A stretch of DNA of 64,000 nucleotides from Mytilus trossulus (taxonomy: Eukaryota). The translations under genes were made by a program, and so were the position numbers. The stretch's first letter is position 1, and each line of letters begins with the position of its first letter. Below, one piece after another: positions 37,820 through 51,345 of the stretch. The DNA lies in the NCBI RefSeq assembly GCF_036588685.1, contig NC_086386.1:58218001-58282000 (forward strand), given 5' to 3'. Below the pieces are notes generated by a model. That model did no database searches and was not told where the DNA came from. It saw only the letters and a program-made list of their open reading frames with translations.

Positions 37820-38025
37820 AAAATAGGGGCGAAAAAAAACCGAGGAACTTTGAAACTAATAAATCAAAATAAACTAAAAAACGCGAGACAAAAAATAGAA
37901 CATAATAAGCAAAATAGAAAACAACCGAATGAGCAACACGAACCGCACTCAAACTGGGGGTATGCAGGTGCTCCGAAAGGGTAGGCAGATCCTGCTTTAC
38001 GTGTAGAAATGCTGCTCTGTTAATA
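37820..38025 (-). repeat. Dispersed repeat fragment, probably the 3' end of another Penelope-like family
   Basis: Minus strand gcaggatctgcctaccctttcggagcacctg...gttcgtgttgctca is recalled as a common mollusc repeat motif; single copy here. Confidence 0.45.
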
Positions 38026-38495
38026 AATGAGGCTCCATGGTAAATACAAATATGCAAAATTTGAAGCATTTTTTTTTCCATTACAATTTGTATTCATTAT
38101 TCTTTAAGTTGTTACTTTATGATATGGTACAAAAATCAACCAAAAAATATATATGTATTGGCACCAGATGACTTTTAAAATATTTATATCATTGAAAAAG
38201 TTGCAAATTATCTCCCTTTGGTGAAAAAAGAACATTTGTTTGCATTAAAATTGAATTGACCTGTTTTAACTCATTGATGAACTACATTTTGTAATATGTT
38301 TTTCAAATAAACTATACTTAAACTTAGCCATTGTAAAATAGAAGCGATTTCTTTAGTTTACTTTTTTTTTTATTTCGATATTACTTTTATTTTTCCAATT
38401 AGTTCAACAGAAAAAAAAGTACCTTAATTGAAATACACGCTTCTTTCAAAAGGTATCGCCATATTTTCATTTTAGTTTTCCATTATATGTATAGA

Positions 38496-38812
38496 AACAA
38501 GTAAAATCACAAAAATACTGAACTCAGAGGAAAATCAATTTGGAAAGTCCATAATCACATGGCAAAATCAAAAAACAAAACGCATCAAAAACGAATGGAC
38601 AAGAACTGTCATATTCCTGACTTGGTACAGGCATTTTCAAATGTAGAAAATGGTGGATTAAACCTGGTTCTAAAGCGCTAACCCTCTCACTTTAATAACA
38701 GTCTCATCAAATTCCGCTTTATTTACATGATGCGTTAAATAAACAGTCACAATTAATAAAATAGTCAAAATATGGGTACACCAGTCATCATCGTATAACA
38801 ATTTTAAAAGGA
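38496..38812 (-). mobile_element. Family C short retro-element (twister-bearing); other copies 13025-13185 (+), ~53950-54150 (-)
   Basis: Shared aatccaccattttctacatttgaaaatgc.tgtaccaagtcaggaatatgacagtt...ttcctctgagttcagtatttttgtgatttt. Confidence 0.8.
38605..38702 (-). ncRNA. Twister ribozyme-like fold (type P5), family C
   Basis: Minus strand: actgttat-taaa-GTGA-GAGGG-ttagcgct..aaccaggtt-T/AA-TCC-AC-CATTTTC/GAAAATG-CCTG-TACCAAGT-CAGG-A-at-atgacagt. Confidence 0.65.
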
Positions 38813-40667
38813 ATACAGTTTATTTATGGAAAAACATACCGAAATCCTATGTATCCTTAATCGTTTATTTTCTTATATGGTGTAATAAATAAAATCGGAC
38901 AGGAGCTGATATATGAAATTTGTTTTTTAAACAAGATCCAGATATTTAAAGTTCAATAAGAAAAGGAAATCGTTGCTTTGCTATTGTCTTATTATATGGG
39001 TAATTGTTATTGCCGATATGCATTTTTTTCCATCTAATGAAGGAAATGGACATTGATTATGCGTTAATTTATAATCAAAATATAATATAAATCGGTTAAA
39101 GTTCTGGAGTTGTACTCATTTGGACATTGACCACCTGTTGGTAATTACGTTAATCTTGTTTTAGACCAATGTTTGCATGTACTTAGTTTAGTCATTGTCT
39201 TAATGTTGACGATATATGTTTATGAGATCATTTGTTATTTTACCAGCATTTAAAAATTTGATATACAGAATCCAGCACTCTCACGCAAATAAAAATGTAT
39301 TTTTGTTTCAGGATATTCAACAATAAGATATACCTGTATTTTCACTCACTTCTATGTCTGAAATAAAGGCAACAGTCGTATACCGCTGTTCGAAATTCAC
39401 AAATCGATTGAGAGAAAAAAACAACCCGGGTTTCAAACTAAAACTGAGGGAAACACATCAAATATAAGAGAAGATGTAAATAAAATGTATGCATGTTGTG
39501 TTTTCAAATCATGTATTGGACATTTATAAGATATGTAGTTACTTATTTGACAAATATAATCATAGCTTCGAATGCTCAGACAATATGATGGTCGTCTTAA
39601 ATTCAAATGAACGGATTATGAAATGCATGTATCGTTATTTTGTTTATACCGGATTGGTCAGAAATATGATGAATTAAGAAGATATATATAGAAAGATATG
39701 TTGACCATGTTTACACTTCCTGGTATAAGTAATTATGGAGTCGAGACAATTCCACCAGGATAGGTTCCTTAAAAATTTGCATCTTTAAAATTAATTTACT
39801 AGTGTTGAACAAATGAAAACTACAATTGCCTTAATAAGATTGATGGTATATCTGACGAAACTTCACCAAATATATTGTAAAAGTATATTTTTAAATCCCT
39901 TTTGATAATGTTTGTGTCATTTTTATCTTTGTTTTATGTTAAAAATCAATCTTTGAAATATGAATTTCTTGATGGTTTCTCCAGGGAAAGCTACCGTGTT
40001 TCAAAGATAATTACTATCTTCTGTTGATATTTTTTCCTGATATGTGATTTTTTAGAATTTAAAATACCCCTTTTAATTCTTCAAAGCAAATGGAATACAA
40101 CTAAACTATATTTGTCATAAAGATCGCCCATTTACGTAAGTGGGTAAACAAAGGCCTCTTTTGGAGATTACAAATTACTTCAAATGAAGTAAATGACAGA
40201 TCCAACATTTGCAAAATTGACTACGGAGACAATTTAAAAATTAAAAATACCCGTTTTGATTTCAAATTCAATTTACATCAATCTCCAAAAGTGATACATA
40301 TTGCAGATTCCGGTTAATAAAATTCAAATGAGATAATTAAGATTATTTTCAATATACCTTTCTTCATTGAGTAAATGTGTACGCTTTTTGAATTTAAAAG
40401 TTTGTTCAAATCAAACCGGTGACATCTTTGCGTAATTTAGAGAAAATGGTTGGTATATCTGCATTAATATGTGTTCTGATCCGTTTCTTAGTTTAGAGCT
40501 ATCTAACATTTTGTATTTGGCAATCCCTTTTCTGCCATTTTGAATTTTGATAGCATTAAGTTTTGAATTTTAACAGCGTTTATTTTTATGGTATTGGTAG
40601 CATCAAATGATGAATATTGATATTATTATGATTTGGAAAATTGTAAAAATCATTTTGTTTCAGATCT

Positions 40668-40945
40668 TTATAATTGAATTTTGGAAGTAACGCGTCTCCT
40701 GATGGGCTGACATTTTTTTTTTATCAGCTCGTAGACATAATTTTGTCATGTGACTGTGACGTCATTAACGTTTTGTCATGGTTTAAAATAGAATTTATAA
40801 TTAAATTATAAGAAATAACTGTAATACTGTTTCTGTCTATTCGAAATAACTTCTAAATAAAACGTACGCAGGTTATTCAGTGTGCACCACATTTTTGATA
40901 TGTTATTTCGAATAGACAGAAAAAATATATAAGTCATTCCTTAGA
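40668..40945. mobile_element. Second insertion with subterminal palindrome
   Basis: Perfect 21-bp IR 40830-40850 / 40902-40922; absent from the paralogous block at ~32900-32960. Confidence 0.55.
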
Positions 40946-42629
40946 AAACATTACGTTTTGAAAATTAACAACATTATTATTTATAATTGTAAGCATCTAG
41001 TTACCGAACAAAACTTCCTTTTGACTTTCTCATTGAACTTGACAGATTTTCAACGCAATTATTAGGCCATTAATTGCTGTGCATTGAATGCAACAAGGTA
41101 TTTTTGGACACATTAAGTATATAGCGACCTTTTAATTGTCACGTGTTTCAAATATACATGTTAACTAAAATGTATAACGTATTATACACTACCGTAAAGT
41201 TATAGCCTAAAGTCCAGCCTGATGTCGGGACGGATTGAATGCGTTTCGTAATTAATCAAAGTATAATAACATTAATTCATGATTTATAAAATATCAAACT
41301 GCTAAAACTCATAATTAATCTTAGATAAAAGGACTATGAAAGATTTAATGGTGTTCAGTATGAACAAAATAATTAATTTAGTAGCCCGAAATGGTAACGC
41401 ATGTTAAAATAAAGCCAAATATTTCAACCGTTTATGTTTTGCCATGGGTTCGTGAGTCCTCGTTATTAAATAATATTTCTATGTCGTAAATGTTGTGATG
41501 ATTAATCAGAATCAAGAAGTCTTACATTTACGTTAATGCTTATAAATACGTTGTCTTAGTACTTTTAAGATTGTCGTTAAATCGAACCGCCATAATGTAC
41601 TGCAGTCAACATGTCAATTACGAACTCTCATGAAATCACGAGTTTCCTCTAAATATATATGCCAATATTACTCATGGCCAGTGTAAATGCGGCTAAAACT
41701 ATATATAAAGTCGTGAAATTGTATGTAATTTAGTAATGGATTGTGATATTCATTGTAGAGTTCGATGAATGCAAATTCATATATTTTTTTTTTATAAAAA
41801 CAAAATAACAAACTACACACAATAATCTTTTATTATGAACAGATGGCCCTTTTAACCATCTATCCAATTATTTCATAAAATGTAGTGGTAGTTTCAAACC
41901 TATTATATTTGAAGGCATATTGTGTGGTTTATGTTTATTTGCATTCTGTTATTGTATTCTTTACATACATGTGGTAAACTATTAATTTTATAAAACATAC
42001 TGTATTTATCAGAAAGCTATCTCACACAGTACTATAATTGCCGGAATGTGCGCAGGTGTTAATCGAAACATTGAAATACTTTGTGCTTTCGTCAATCTTT
42101 TAAATCACAGCATGTCTAACATCTGTGCACAACATTATCCACAAGGAAACATTAATGGTTTGCATTGTTTTTGAAAAAAGTATGATTGTATGTACTGGTA
42201 ACTAAACTAAGTAAGAGTAGAGGAATTTAGATCTACTTTTTAAGAAGTTTCATGTATGTACAAAGTTAAAAATATACTAGTTGTCATCAATTCGAATGAT
42301 ATTTATGAGCTTTTTATTCAGCCAAATGAGTACCGACGTTTTGTTTTGAATTCTGCTCAAAATTCAGAATTTGCTGTTTTTCTCTATACAACCTTGTTGG
42401 ATCCTTTTTAATTTCAAATTGATATTTCTTAGCTTTAAGTTAACGTTCCTCTATTTCAAGTTCAAGGTACCGACAACATGATATTGTGACATAATGACGA
42501 AATAACTGTCAACTTTTACGTACACATTTATTTATTTGGAACTAATCAACGAGTTATCAATTTCAGAAATGTCAAACTGAAAATTAGATATATCAAAATG
42601 ACAATTAAAATGAAGAAAAGGTGAATGTA

Positions 42630-42840
42630 AAATTTTGAAATGCTAAGGCTTTTCTACCTCAGGAATATATTACCTCAGATGTTTTTTTGCATAACGTTTT
42701 GGAATTTTTGGTCCTCAATGCTCTTCAACTTTGTACTGTATTTGACTTTTTTAAATTTTTGGATTCGGGCGTCACTGATGAGTCTTTGTCAGACTGACGC
42801 AAATATAAAATTGCGATCCTGGTATTTATGATGATTTTTT
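42630..42840 (+). mobile_element. Truncated retrozyme copy with deleted hammerhead core
   Basis: ctaaggcttttctacctcagg...tcctcaatgctcttcaactt...gcgtcactgatgagtcttt. Absent from the paralogous blocks at ~27740 and ~35770. Confidence 0.7.
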
Positions 42841-43760
42841 TACCAGTTGTATATGATATTTTTCTGCTAGTCTTAAACCTGCACCAATTAAAATATTATC
42901 TATTTTTTAAATAAGAAAAATAATAACCATATTGTATAAGCTTGCACAAACACTATCAGATACTCGTTGAATTGAATTTCCAACATTTATAGTTTTTTTA
43001 CCTATTGAATTAAACGTAACGCCTAATTTTGCATATCACATATCGTAATTTAAAAGCCTTTAACATTAAATATCATAAATCATAGATTATAATTATCTAT
43101 CAAAGTACAGCTCAGTGAATTGAAATGATACTTTATCGATAATTGATCAATAGATCATAACTTCAATCAGTTAAAATGTCTTTTGGTTTTCAAACCACAA
43201 TAATATATATTAACAGAGCCGATAGTTTCACATACTTCAATTCTATTTCGAGTTCTTAAATGCGTTCAACTTTACCTCAATGCATTTTGCAATATTGATC
43301 AAACATCAAAGTGTAATCAGTATAGATTTTAAAGAACATATGTTTTCATTTTTGCGCTCTTCTTGTCAATTTATTAGTCTTTTATAGAACTTTTTCAGAC
43401 AGAAATGTTATAATTACGTTCAAAGATGATTTAAAATTCATCTAAAAACGTACTGTGCGACTGGTGAACCGTAATGGCGTATTGAAGTATTGCTCATTGT
43501 AGATTCTTGCATTCATATATGACTTCCAACGATCTAAAAGACTGATTGAATCAGAAAAAATAATTGAATTTGCAGCTTTATTTTTCATGTTTTCCAAATT
43601 ATTTCAAAAAAGCTCACATTGTATAAATCGTTGGAAGAAAACAGATACGTACATTTATAATCTTTTAATAAATGATGACTATACCAAGTATGAAAGAACA
43701 CAGTAGACACTTGTACAGTGAGAGAAACCCGCCAATGAAGCCGGTTTTGTAAACCTTGTA

Positions 43761-43965
43761 AAACTAAGGATTTTCTTATCCCAGGTATAGATTACCTTAG
43801 ACGTATTTGGCACAACTTTTTGGAATTTTGGATCCTCAATGCTCTTCAACTTTGTACTTGTTTGGGTTTATAAATATTTTTGATTTGAGCGTCACTGATG
43901 AGTCTTATGTAGAGAAAACGCGCGTCTGGCGTACTAAATTATAATCCTGGTACCTTTGATAACTA
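43761..43965 (+). mobile_element. 5'-truncated hammerhead retrozyme copy
   Basis: gcgtca-CTGATGA-gtcttatgtaga-gaaaa-cgcgcGTC-tggcgt at 43889-43932; ttgta on both sides (possible TSD). Confidence 0.8.
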
Positions 43966-44460
43966 TTGTACGGCTGGATGTAATGTTTTATATGCATCCA
44001 TAAAAATGTTAGCAATTACCTTCCTTTAACATATTTTGAGCTTGCTCAGTTAAGCATTTCATTTAAAAATGTATATGACAGATTTGATTTAATCTGATTA
44101 AATCTTTGACATGTTGAAAACTATATGATTGTAATTATTAAAAAAATATATGGTGATTAAACAACTATAAGTGACAGGTATAAAGGACTTCGAAATACTG
44201 GTTTTCTTGTAAGATACTTTGGTTTGTTTTGTCTCCGTGTTTGAAACTTAATCCATTATTTAACATTTGTAATGTCTGTTTGTACTGTTTATGCTTTATA
44301 TGTTTGTAGTCAAAGTCAGTAATATGAATGTCTATCCGATGTTTCCACGATAGATAATTGTATTCTGTGTGTCTAGCCAGAGTAATTTGAGAAAATTTGT
44401 CTCCATTACAACATGGACTACTGGTGTTTGTTTCAGAAGCTCATGTCCATTCCGTGTTAA

Positions 44461-45010
44461 GGAGGCTCGCTGGTATAAGATTTTCAGAAGAAAAAAATAA
44501 ACTTTAATCTTTCATTACAAATTCTATTTTTTACCTTTAGTAGTTATTACTTTATCGTATGGTACACTAATCATTCCAAAAAATCAATTCGTATTGGCAC
44601 CAGGTGACTTTAAAAATGTAGATACCAATAAAATAGCTTCAAATTATCTCCCTTTGATGGAAAAATGCCATCTTTTGGCATTAAAATTGAAATATCTTTT
44701 AACTCATCGGTGACCTATATTTTTATTGTTGTTTTCGAAAAAGCTGTACATAAACTACATAATTGTTAAATTAAGCGATTTCTGTAATTTAGTTCTTTTT
44801 TCTTTCGATAGTACCACTATGTCTACTATTAATTCAACAGAAAAAAAGGACATTTACAAAAATGTATGCTTCTTTCGAAGACAAAATATGAGAATAAATG
44901 AACGGTGACCAATTTTTTTTATTTAGGTATAAGCTTAAGTTCATTTATAAAAAAAATATAGGGAAATCTTATATTAAATAAAAAAAAAATGATTCAAACC
45001 CGCGAGCCCC
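44461..45010. mobile_element. TTAA-TSD MITE, 550 bp; partial copies at ~38040-38455 (+) and ~48040-48613 (-)
   Basis: TTAA|ggaggctcgctggt ... acccgcgagcccc|TTAA; internal gtattggcacca..gacttt..aaattatctccctttg is shared by the copies. Confidence 0.85.
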
Positions 45011-45611
45011 TTAAATGATTTCAAACAGTTATCAGTTATAATGTGACAATGAGGAAACATCATAGAACAAGACCATATGATGTATTGTCAATATAATTAT
45101 TTATCTTAATAAGAAAACATCTGATTGAAAAAAATCCTGATCATATTTAGGCTGTTTGTTTGTTAACAATATGTAATCAAAATCCCTGGAAATATTTTAC
45201 CATATTTCCATTTGTTTAAAGATATTACCAATGCTATTTCATCTTACGTTTTAATTTGCATAAGTACAGTTTATTTCAGTACGTATGTGATAAGGATTAT
45301 TGCCGTTATAATCATTATTGTTTTCTAATGTCACCAAAGGATTTTACAAAACAATGAATGGACACTTCATTGATGAGTTTATAATCATAAACACATATCT
45401 ATACATGAACTGGTTTATTGTGAGCGAATCGGTTAAACTCAAATGAAATAAATCGAGTAATACAAGTATATTCTTTTAGCTAAATTAACTCTCTATTATG
45501 TATTTGTAAGTACCAATGTGAAACTCAATAGGAATTTTAAAAAAATCGTTGCAATATTTTTTTCAAAGGTATTGTAGCAGATATGCATTTTATTTAAACT
45601 GGCCCTGAATA

Positions 45612-45819
45612 CTGTAGATTCTTTATTATTCGTTGTATACTAATTTTCGTGGATTTCATGGTTATATGTTTAGCCCGAAATTTAATGTTCAACGAATGAC
45701 AAATTTTCCATAGGGGTGTATGCAAACTTAGGCAAAACCACGAAATTAAATATCCACGAACATGCAAGTTTTCCTTAATCCACGAACATTGGTACCCACG
45801 AAAATAAATGAATCCACAG
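45612..45819. mobile_element. Short Tc1/mariner-like MITE
   Basis: ta|ctgtagattctttattattcgt ... acgaaaataaatgaatccacag, with internal ccacgaa repeats. Confidence 0.7.
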
Positions 45820-46676
45820 AATTGACCAAACGGTATTTCATGATTATAATATAATATTCATCAGTGTAACGTCTAGAGAAGTAATTAGCAGGTCATTGAC
45901 CCACAGTTCGGTTACTTGTTTACCTTGCATTCTTAAGAACTAATTAATCTTATTCCAAATAGTGTCTAATTGCCAAAATATTGACGATTTTAACTGATGA
46001 ATCGATCGGGTTTTTTTTAGTATATCGTAAAAAGTAAACCCGGATAGGAACTGCTATATGAAACCTTTTCCTGTAAGCAGGATCTAAATATTAAAATTGA
46101 AATTAGTAAAGAAAATCGTTTCAATACTATTGTCTTATTTTATGTGTTTTTGTTTGGGCTGATATTAATTTTTATTTCAGCTGTTAGAGAAAATGAACAT
46201 TGATTGTGCGTTATATGATAATTAAAATCTAATCTAAATCAATAAACTATCTGGAGTTGTAATCATCAGGTCATTGGCCAACAATTGGTTAACACTTTAA
46301 CTTGTTTAAGACCAATAATTGCTGGTACATGGTCGAGCCATTTCTAAGTGTTGACAATATGTTTTATTAGGTCATATGCTATTTTACAAGCATTTTAAAA
46401 CATTGTATACAACTTTCAAGCAGACCCATGCCAAAATACTTTGTTTCCATGTTTTGTTTAAGTCATTTCATGTATCAGTAGTAAACGTGTCCATGTTTTG
46501 TGGTATTTGGCAATGTATTAGACCCGAATACAAACATGTGTTTATCCATGTGACACATTAATTCAATGTTTTGAATTATAAGATAATATGATGGTCTTAA
46601 ATGCAATTTTACGGATAATAAAATGTCTGTATCGCATTTTTATTGAATCTGAAAGTTTGAACATTTTAACACTTAA

Positions 46677-47249
46677 GGGCATACGATACAATTTTGATCC
46701 TGTATTTACAAGTTCGTGAACATTTGCATATAGGCTATTTTTTACCTGATTAAATCAAATAATTTTTTATGTAATAAAAAATATACCTTCATGTGCTACT
46801 TTTTGAGTAAAACGAGGTCGAAATTTTGTATATTTGCTAAAAATTCAGATTTGTTATAAAAGATAAACACATATTGTTTTTTGTAAAATAATCAGTAATT
46901 TCTGTTTTTCATAAGTATCTTTAAAAATCATGCATTGTTTATTCAAAAATAACTCATATTTATCAAATGTTCATGAATTGAGGAAAATAAGCATATTTAT
47001 CAAAATTAAAAAAAAACCCTCTATTTACAGTTTTATAAAATTTGGATCATGTAATGTCCCTGCAAAATGAAACAAATTGCTGTTTTGAAAAATGGGGGTT
47101 TATGAACTCGTTTTCAAATTAAATCAGTTTGAATGATAAAAACCAGTCGAAAAATGCATCTTTTCCCGATATATCACAGTTTGACGTCGCGGAAATAACA
47201 TTTAACGTTAGCAACGTCATAACCTCCCCTGTAACTGTATCGCATGCCC
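46677..47249. mobile_element. TTAA-TSD MITE, 573 bp
   Basis: TTAA|gggcatacgataca ... tgtatcgcatgccc|TTAA. Explains the overlapping spurious ORFs at 47119-47374. Confidence 0.9.
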
Positions 47250-48086
47250 TTAATGGTGTCACTACCAATGACATCACTTCACCAATTACATTGTCAAATG
47301 ATATTTTGAAATCCATTTCGATAAGGTTTCTGTCATTTTTATCTTCTTTTATGTTATTAAAAGTCGATCCTTGAAATATGAATTTCTTGATGTTTCCTTC
47401 AGGGAAAGCTGTCGTGTATCAAAGATAATTGCTACTCTTAGTAAACATAATTTCCTGAATGTGATCTTTTAGAATTTGAAACACATATATGAATTCGATA
47501 TAGTTACGGGAATAAAACTAAATGATATTTGTCCTTTTATGCAAGTGGGTAAATAAATGCATCAATGTAAGTGTACATATTACTTCAAATGAATTAAATG
47601 ACTATTTCTGACATCTGCTTTATTGACCACAAGGACAATTGTCCAACAAAATAACATAATTGTGTTTTCTATTTCAAAACACTCCAACATGTCATAGACT
47701 TGATAGAAAGAAAACTGATGCATATTGCAGATTCCCGTCAAGAGTTATCTGAACTTTTCCTTGTTAGTTCCTATATTGAGGTATGGAAACTACTGAAATT
47801 TGTTCACGATTCAATATTTTGTCACTTAGACACTATTTTGAATAAGATAAATAAGTTCTTGAAAATACAAGATTAACAATTAACCGAACGCTAGGTCAAT
47901 GACCTTGAAAATACTACCCTAGAATTAACACTGCTGTATATCAGATTTTTATCACAAAATACCAATTGCCCAATAATCATGTCATATATCAGTACCAATA
48001 ACATTGATTTTCTTGATAGAGGGTTGCGGCTCATATTGCAAAAAAAAAATAGGTCACCGATGATTTAAAAAAAAAACAATGTAAAA

Positions 48087-48390
48087 GTAGTCAGTACTGT
48101 TTGTGCTGACATGAATTGTCATTGATATGGTTATGTTTATAAATTTACTGTTTACAATTTTTTGATTTTTTTGAAATACTAAGGCTTTTCTACCTCAGGC
48201 ATATATTAGCTAGGCTGTATTTGGCAACACTTTTGTGAATTTTGGTTCTCAATGCCCTTCAACTTCGTACTTAATTTGGCATTTTTAACTTCTTTGGATT
48301 CGAGCGTCATTGATGAGTCTTTTGTAGACGAAACGCGCGTCTGGCGTATGTATACTAAATTTAGTCCTGGTATCAATGATAAGTTTGTTT
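48087..48390 (+). mobile_element. Hammerhead retrozyme copy nested in a TTAA MITE
   Basis: Core 48304-48347 gcgtca-tTGATGA-gtct-tttgt-agac-GAAA-cgcgc-GTC-tggcgt (single C>T in CUGAUGA). Flanked by aatgtaaaa/aatgcaaaa, a putative TSD. Confidence 0.85.
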
Positions 48391-49699
48391 AATGCAAAAA
48401 TAAACCCATTTTTGCACCAAAATGAGATAATTTGGAGCTTTCACAATGATATATACGTTTTAAAAGTCCCTTTGGGCCAACACGAATTGATTTTTTGGAA
48501 TCATTTTTGTACCATATGATAAAGTAACAACTACTTAAGGTTATAAATAAAATTTGTAATGAAAAAAATAATGTTTAATTTTTTTTCTGAAAATCTTATA
48601 CCCGCGAGTCTTCTTAATTGATGGATTGATCGTTTGTTTTTGAAATGTGTATTAAGTAAGCCCGGAAGGGAGCTGACATATACAACCTTTTCCTGTAAGC
48701 AAGATCTTCATATTCGTTTGACATAAGAAAAGGAAATTGGTAATTTACTATTGTCTTATGTTATATGTGTTTTCAATCTTGCTAATATGCATTTTATTTC
48801 AGCGATTTAAGGAAATGAACATTGATCATGCGTAATATGATTAGTAAAATCTAATCTAAATTAATTGACCATCTGGAGTTGAAATCATCAGGTCATTTGC
48901 CGCCAATTGGTAAATACCTTAACCTTGTTTAAGACCAATGTTTGCTGGTTCTTAGTGGAGTCATTTTCTAATTGTTGACAATTCATCAATTATATTGTAA
49001 AATTATATTTTGACATCCCCTTCGATATCTTTTTTGATGTAATTAAAAGTCGATCCTTGAAATATGAATTTCTTGATGTTTCCTTCAGGGAAAACTGTCG
49101 TGTATCAAAGATAATTATTAATTTTAGTAAACAAAACTTCTTGACTGTAATCATTGTAATCTTTTAGAATTTTAACACAAATTTTAATCTGTATAGTCAA
49201 GGGAATAACACTAAATGATATTTGTTCATTGAGGCAGGTTGGTTAATAAATGCATCAATTCAAGAGTAAATATTTCTTGAAAATGAAATAAATGACTATT
49301 TCTGAAATCTGTTTTATTGACCAAAATGACAATTGTCAAACATAACAGCAACTTTATGTTTTCCAATTCAAAACACGCCATCATGTCATAGACTTGATTA
49401 AGAGAAAAGTGATGCATATTGCAGATTTCCGTCAATAAATTTCAAATTATGAAAGTTATCTTAACTTTTACATGCCATTTCATATATTTAGTTAAAGTGA
49501 ACGCCATTTGAATCTAAATGTTTTAATCAAACTGGTGTTATATAACAGTAGAAAGACAAAAGGCGTACTACATACATTCCTTGAACTATCTAACGTTAGG
49601 TACGTGCATGATCCTTGTTCTGCTATTTTACATTGAAATCAATTTGCGACCATCAAATCCCCAATTGATGATGTCGGAGCTTAAAATACAATACAGTTA

Positions 49700-50112
49700 T
49701 CTCCTAATTGTAGACATAAATGACTTTTTAAAGCACCAAACCGATCAAGAACAAAACACAGACATGACAAAGATCCAATGTGTCAAACACTTAGGACAGT
49801 GGTGTTGGTCATTTTGTGTCATGTGTAATGAACTTGTTTGTCAAAGTTGCATTTCTAGATTTCATAAGAACCATAGCATGACAGGAATAACTGAAGCTTT
49901 TCATGAAAAATTAAAATTCTCAAAACAAAGGAAAATAGTATAAATCAGAAAGTGTGTGAATTAACTGCTCATGAGACAAGTCTCGACAAATTTAACACTT
50001 CAGTTTATGACAAAGTTAAAGAAGAAATATTAGATAAAGATAAACAATTGAAAGAAAAAATAAGCGAGAACACAAAAAAACTTCTTGAGGAAATTGATAG
50101 TACTACGTTTTG
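49700..50112 (+). pseudogene. TRIM-like fragment: B-box type 2 plus coiled coil, frameshifted
   Basis: CVKHLGQWCWSFCVMCNELVCQSCISRFHKNH (49779-49874). After a frameshift near 49925: KENSINQKVCELTAHETSLDKFNTSVYDKVKEEILDKDKQLKEKISENTKKLLEEID. Confidence 0.8.
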
Positions 50113-51345
50113 AATATTGATAGCAGTTTTTATTGTGGTGTTTATGCCTTTTAACTGTAAAGTACCCTGAAATGGTTAGTATCTATACGAACAAGGTTTC
50201 AGATAGATAAGTATTTTCTTATATTTTATATTAGACTATAACAATTTAATACAATGTTCAATAATATTATACTACAATTCAATTCACTGATCTGAAATTA
50301 ATGATATACATTTCTTCATTACATGTTATCAAATTTAATAACGCCCGTATAATACACATATTCGAAATTGATTGTTCCCCTTTTTTCTTAGTTTTGACAA
50401 TGAGCTTGATGGCAGCGTATGTTATTTGACAAGAATTGTAATAAGTATTAATTTATTATCGCTGTAGGTTTCAATCATTATACATACGTGTAGCTAAACT
50501 AAAAAAGCATATAATGTACATGTATAGATACATATATAAACCCATGCGACACATCTAGTCACGACAATAAAACTAAAGACAATATTATAATATTCTTAAA
50601 TTCAAGTATAAAGAATACAATAATCTTCATCGTTACTCTTTTTTTATATATGAATTTAAATGAACTATGATGCTATTATATATTCACATTTATAAATATA
50701 GATAGCAAGTATTATCTTCCTGGTTTCCGTACTTATGATTGGTTCTTGAAATTGAATGTTCAAGTGTAAAACAAATGAAAACCACTGCTGTCTAAGTTGC
50801 ATAACTAATTATTTTGTAAAATAATATTATGAAATCCATTTACAAAAAACAACTGTAATCATTAAAAAAATTGTTTGGTGTAATAAGAATGTAATCTTTA
50901 AAATATGAACTCCTTGATGTTTCCTTCAGGGGAAAATGTTGCTAATCAATAATAATTGCTTCTTTGAGCTGACATTACTTCTTGATATGTGAACTTTTTG
51001 AATGTTAATCACAAATATTCAATTCTATATAGAAAATTAAATAATACTAAATGATAGTTGTCATACAGATTGTTCATTTACGCAAGTGGGTACATAAATT
51101 TCGATATTTGGAGATTAAAGATTACATAAAATTAATTAATTGACAATTTAAAACATCTGCTTAATTGAAGACGTGATGGTTATGGGGTCATAAACTAATA
51201 GACTAACTTCTTAAAATACATCTTATCGTATAAAGTACATTCAGTTGTGTCTTCAAACCCCAAACATTGTATCTTTTGTCGAAGTAAGTTAAACTAAAAT
51301 AGTTCCATTTATTACAAATCATGCATTTGTCATAAAACGGACTTT

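Noticed and set aside
47985-48040. DFLDRGL peptide resembling a PLE RT C-terminal motif
   Set aside because: Too short to support on its own.
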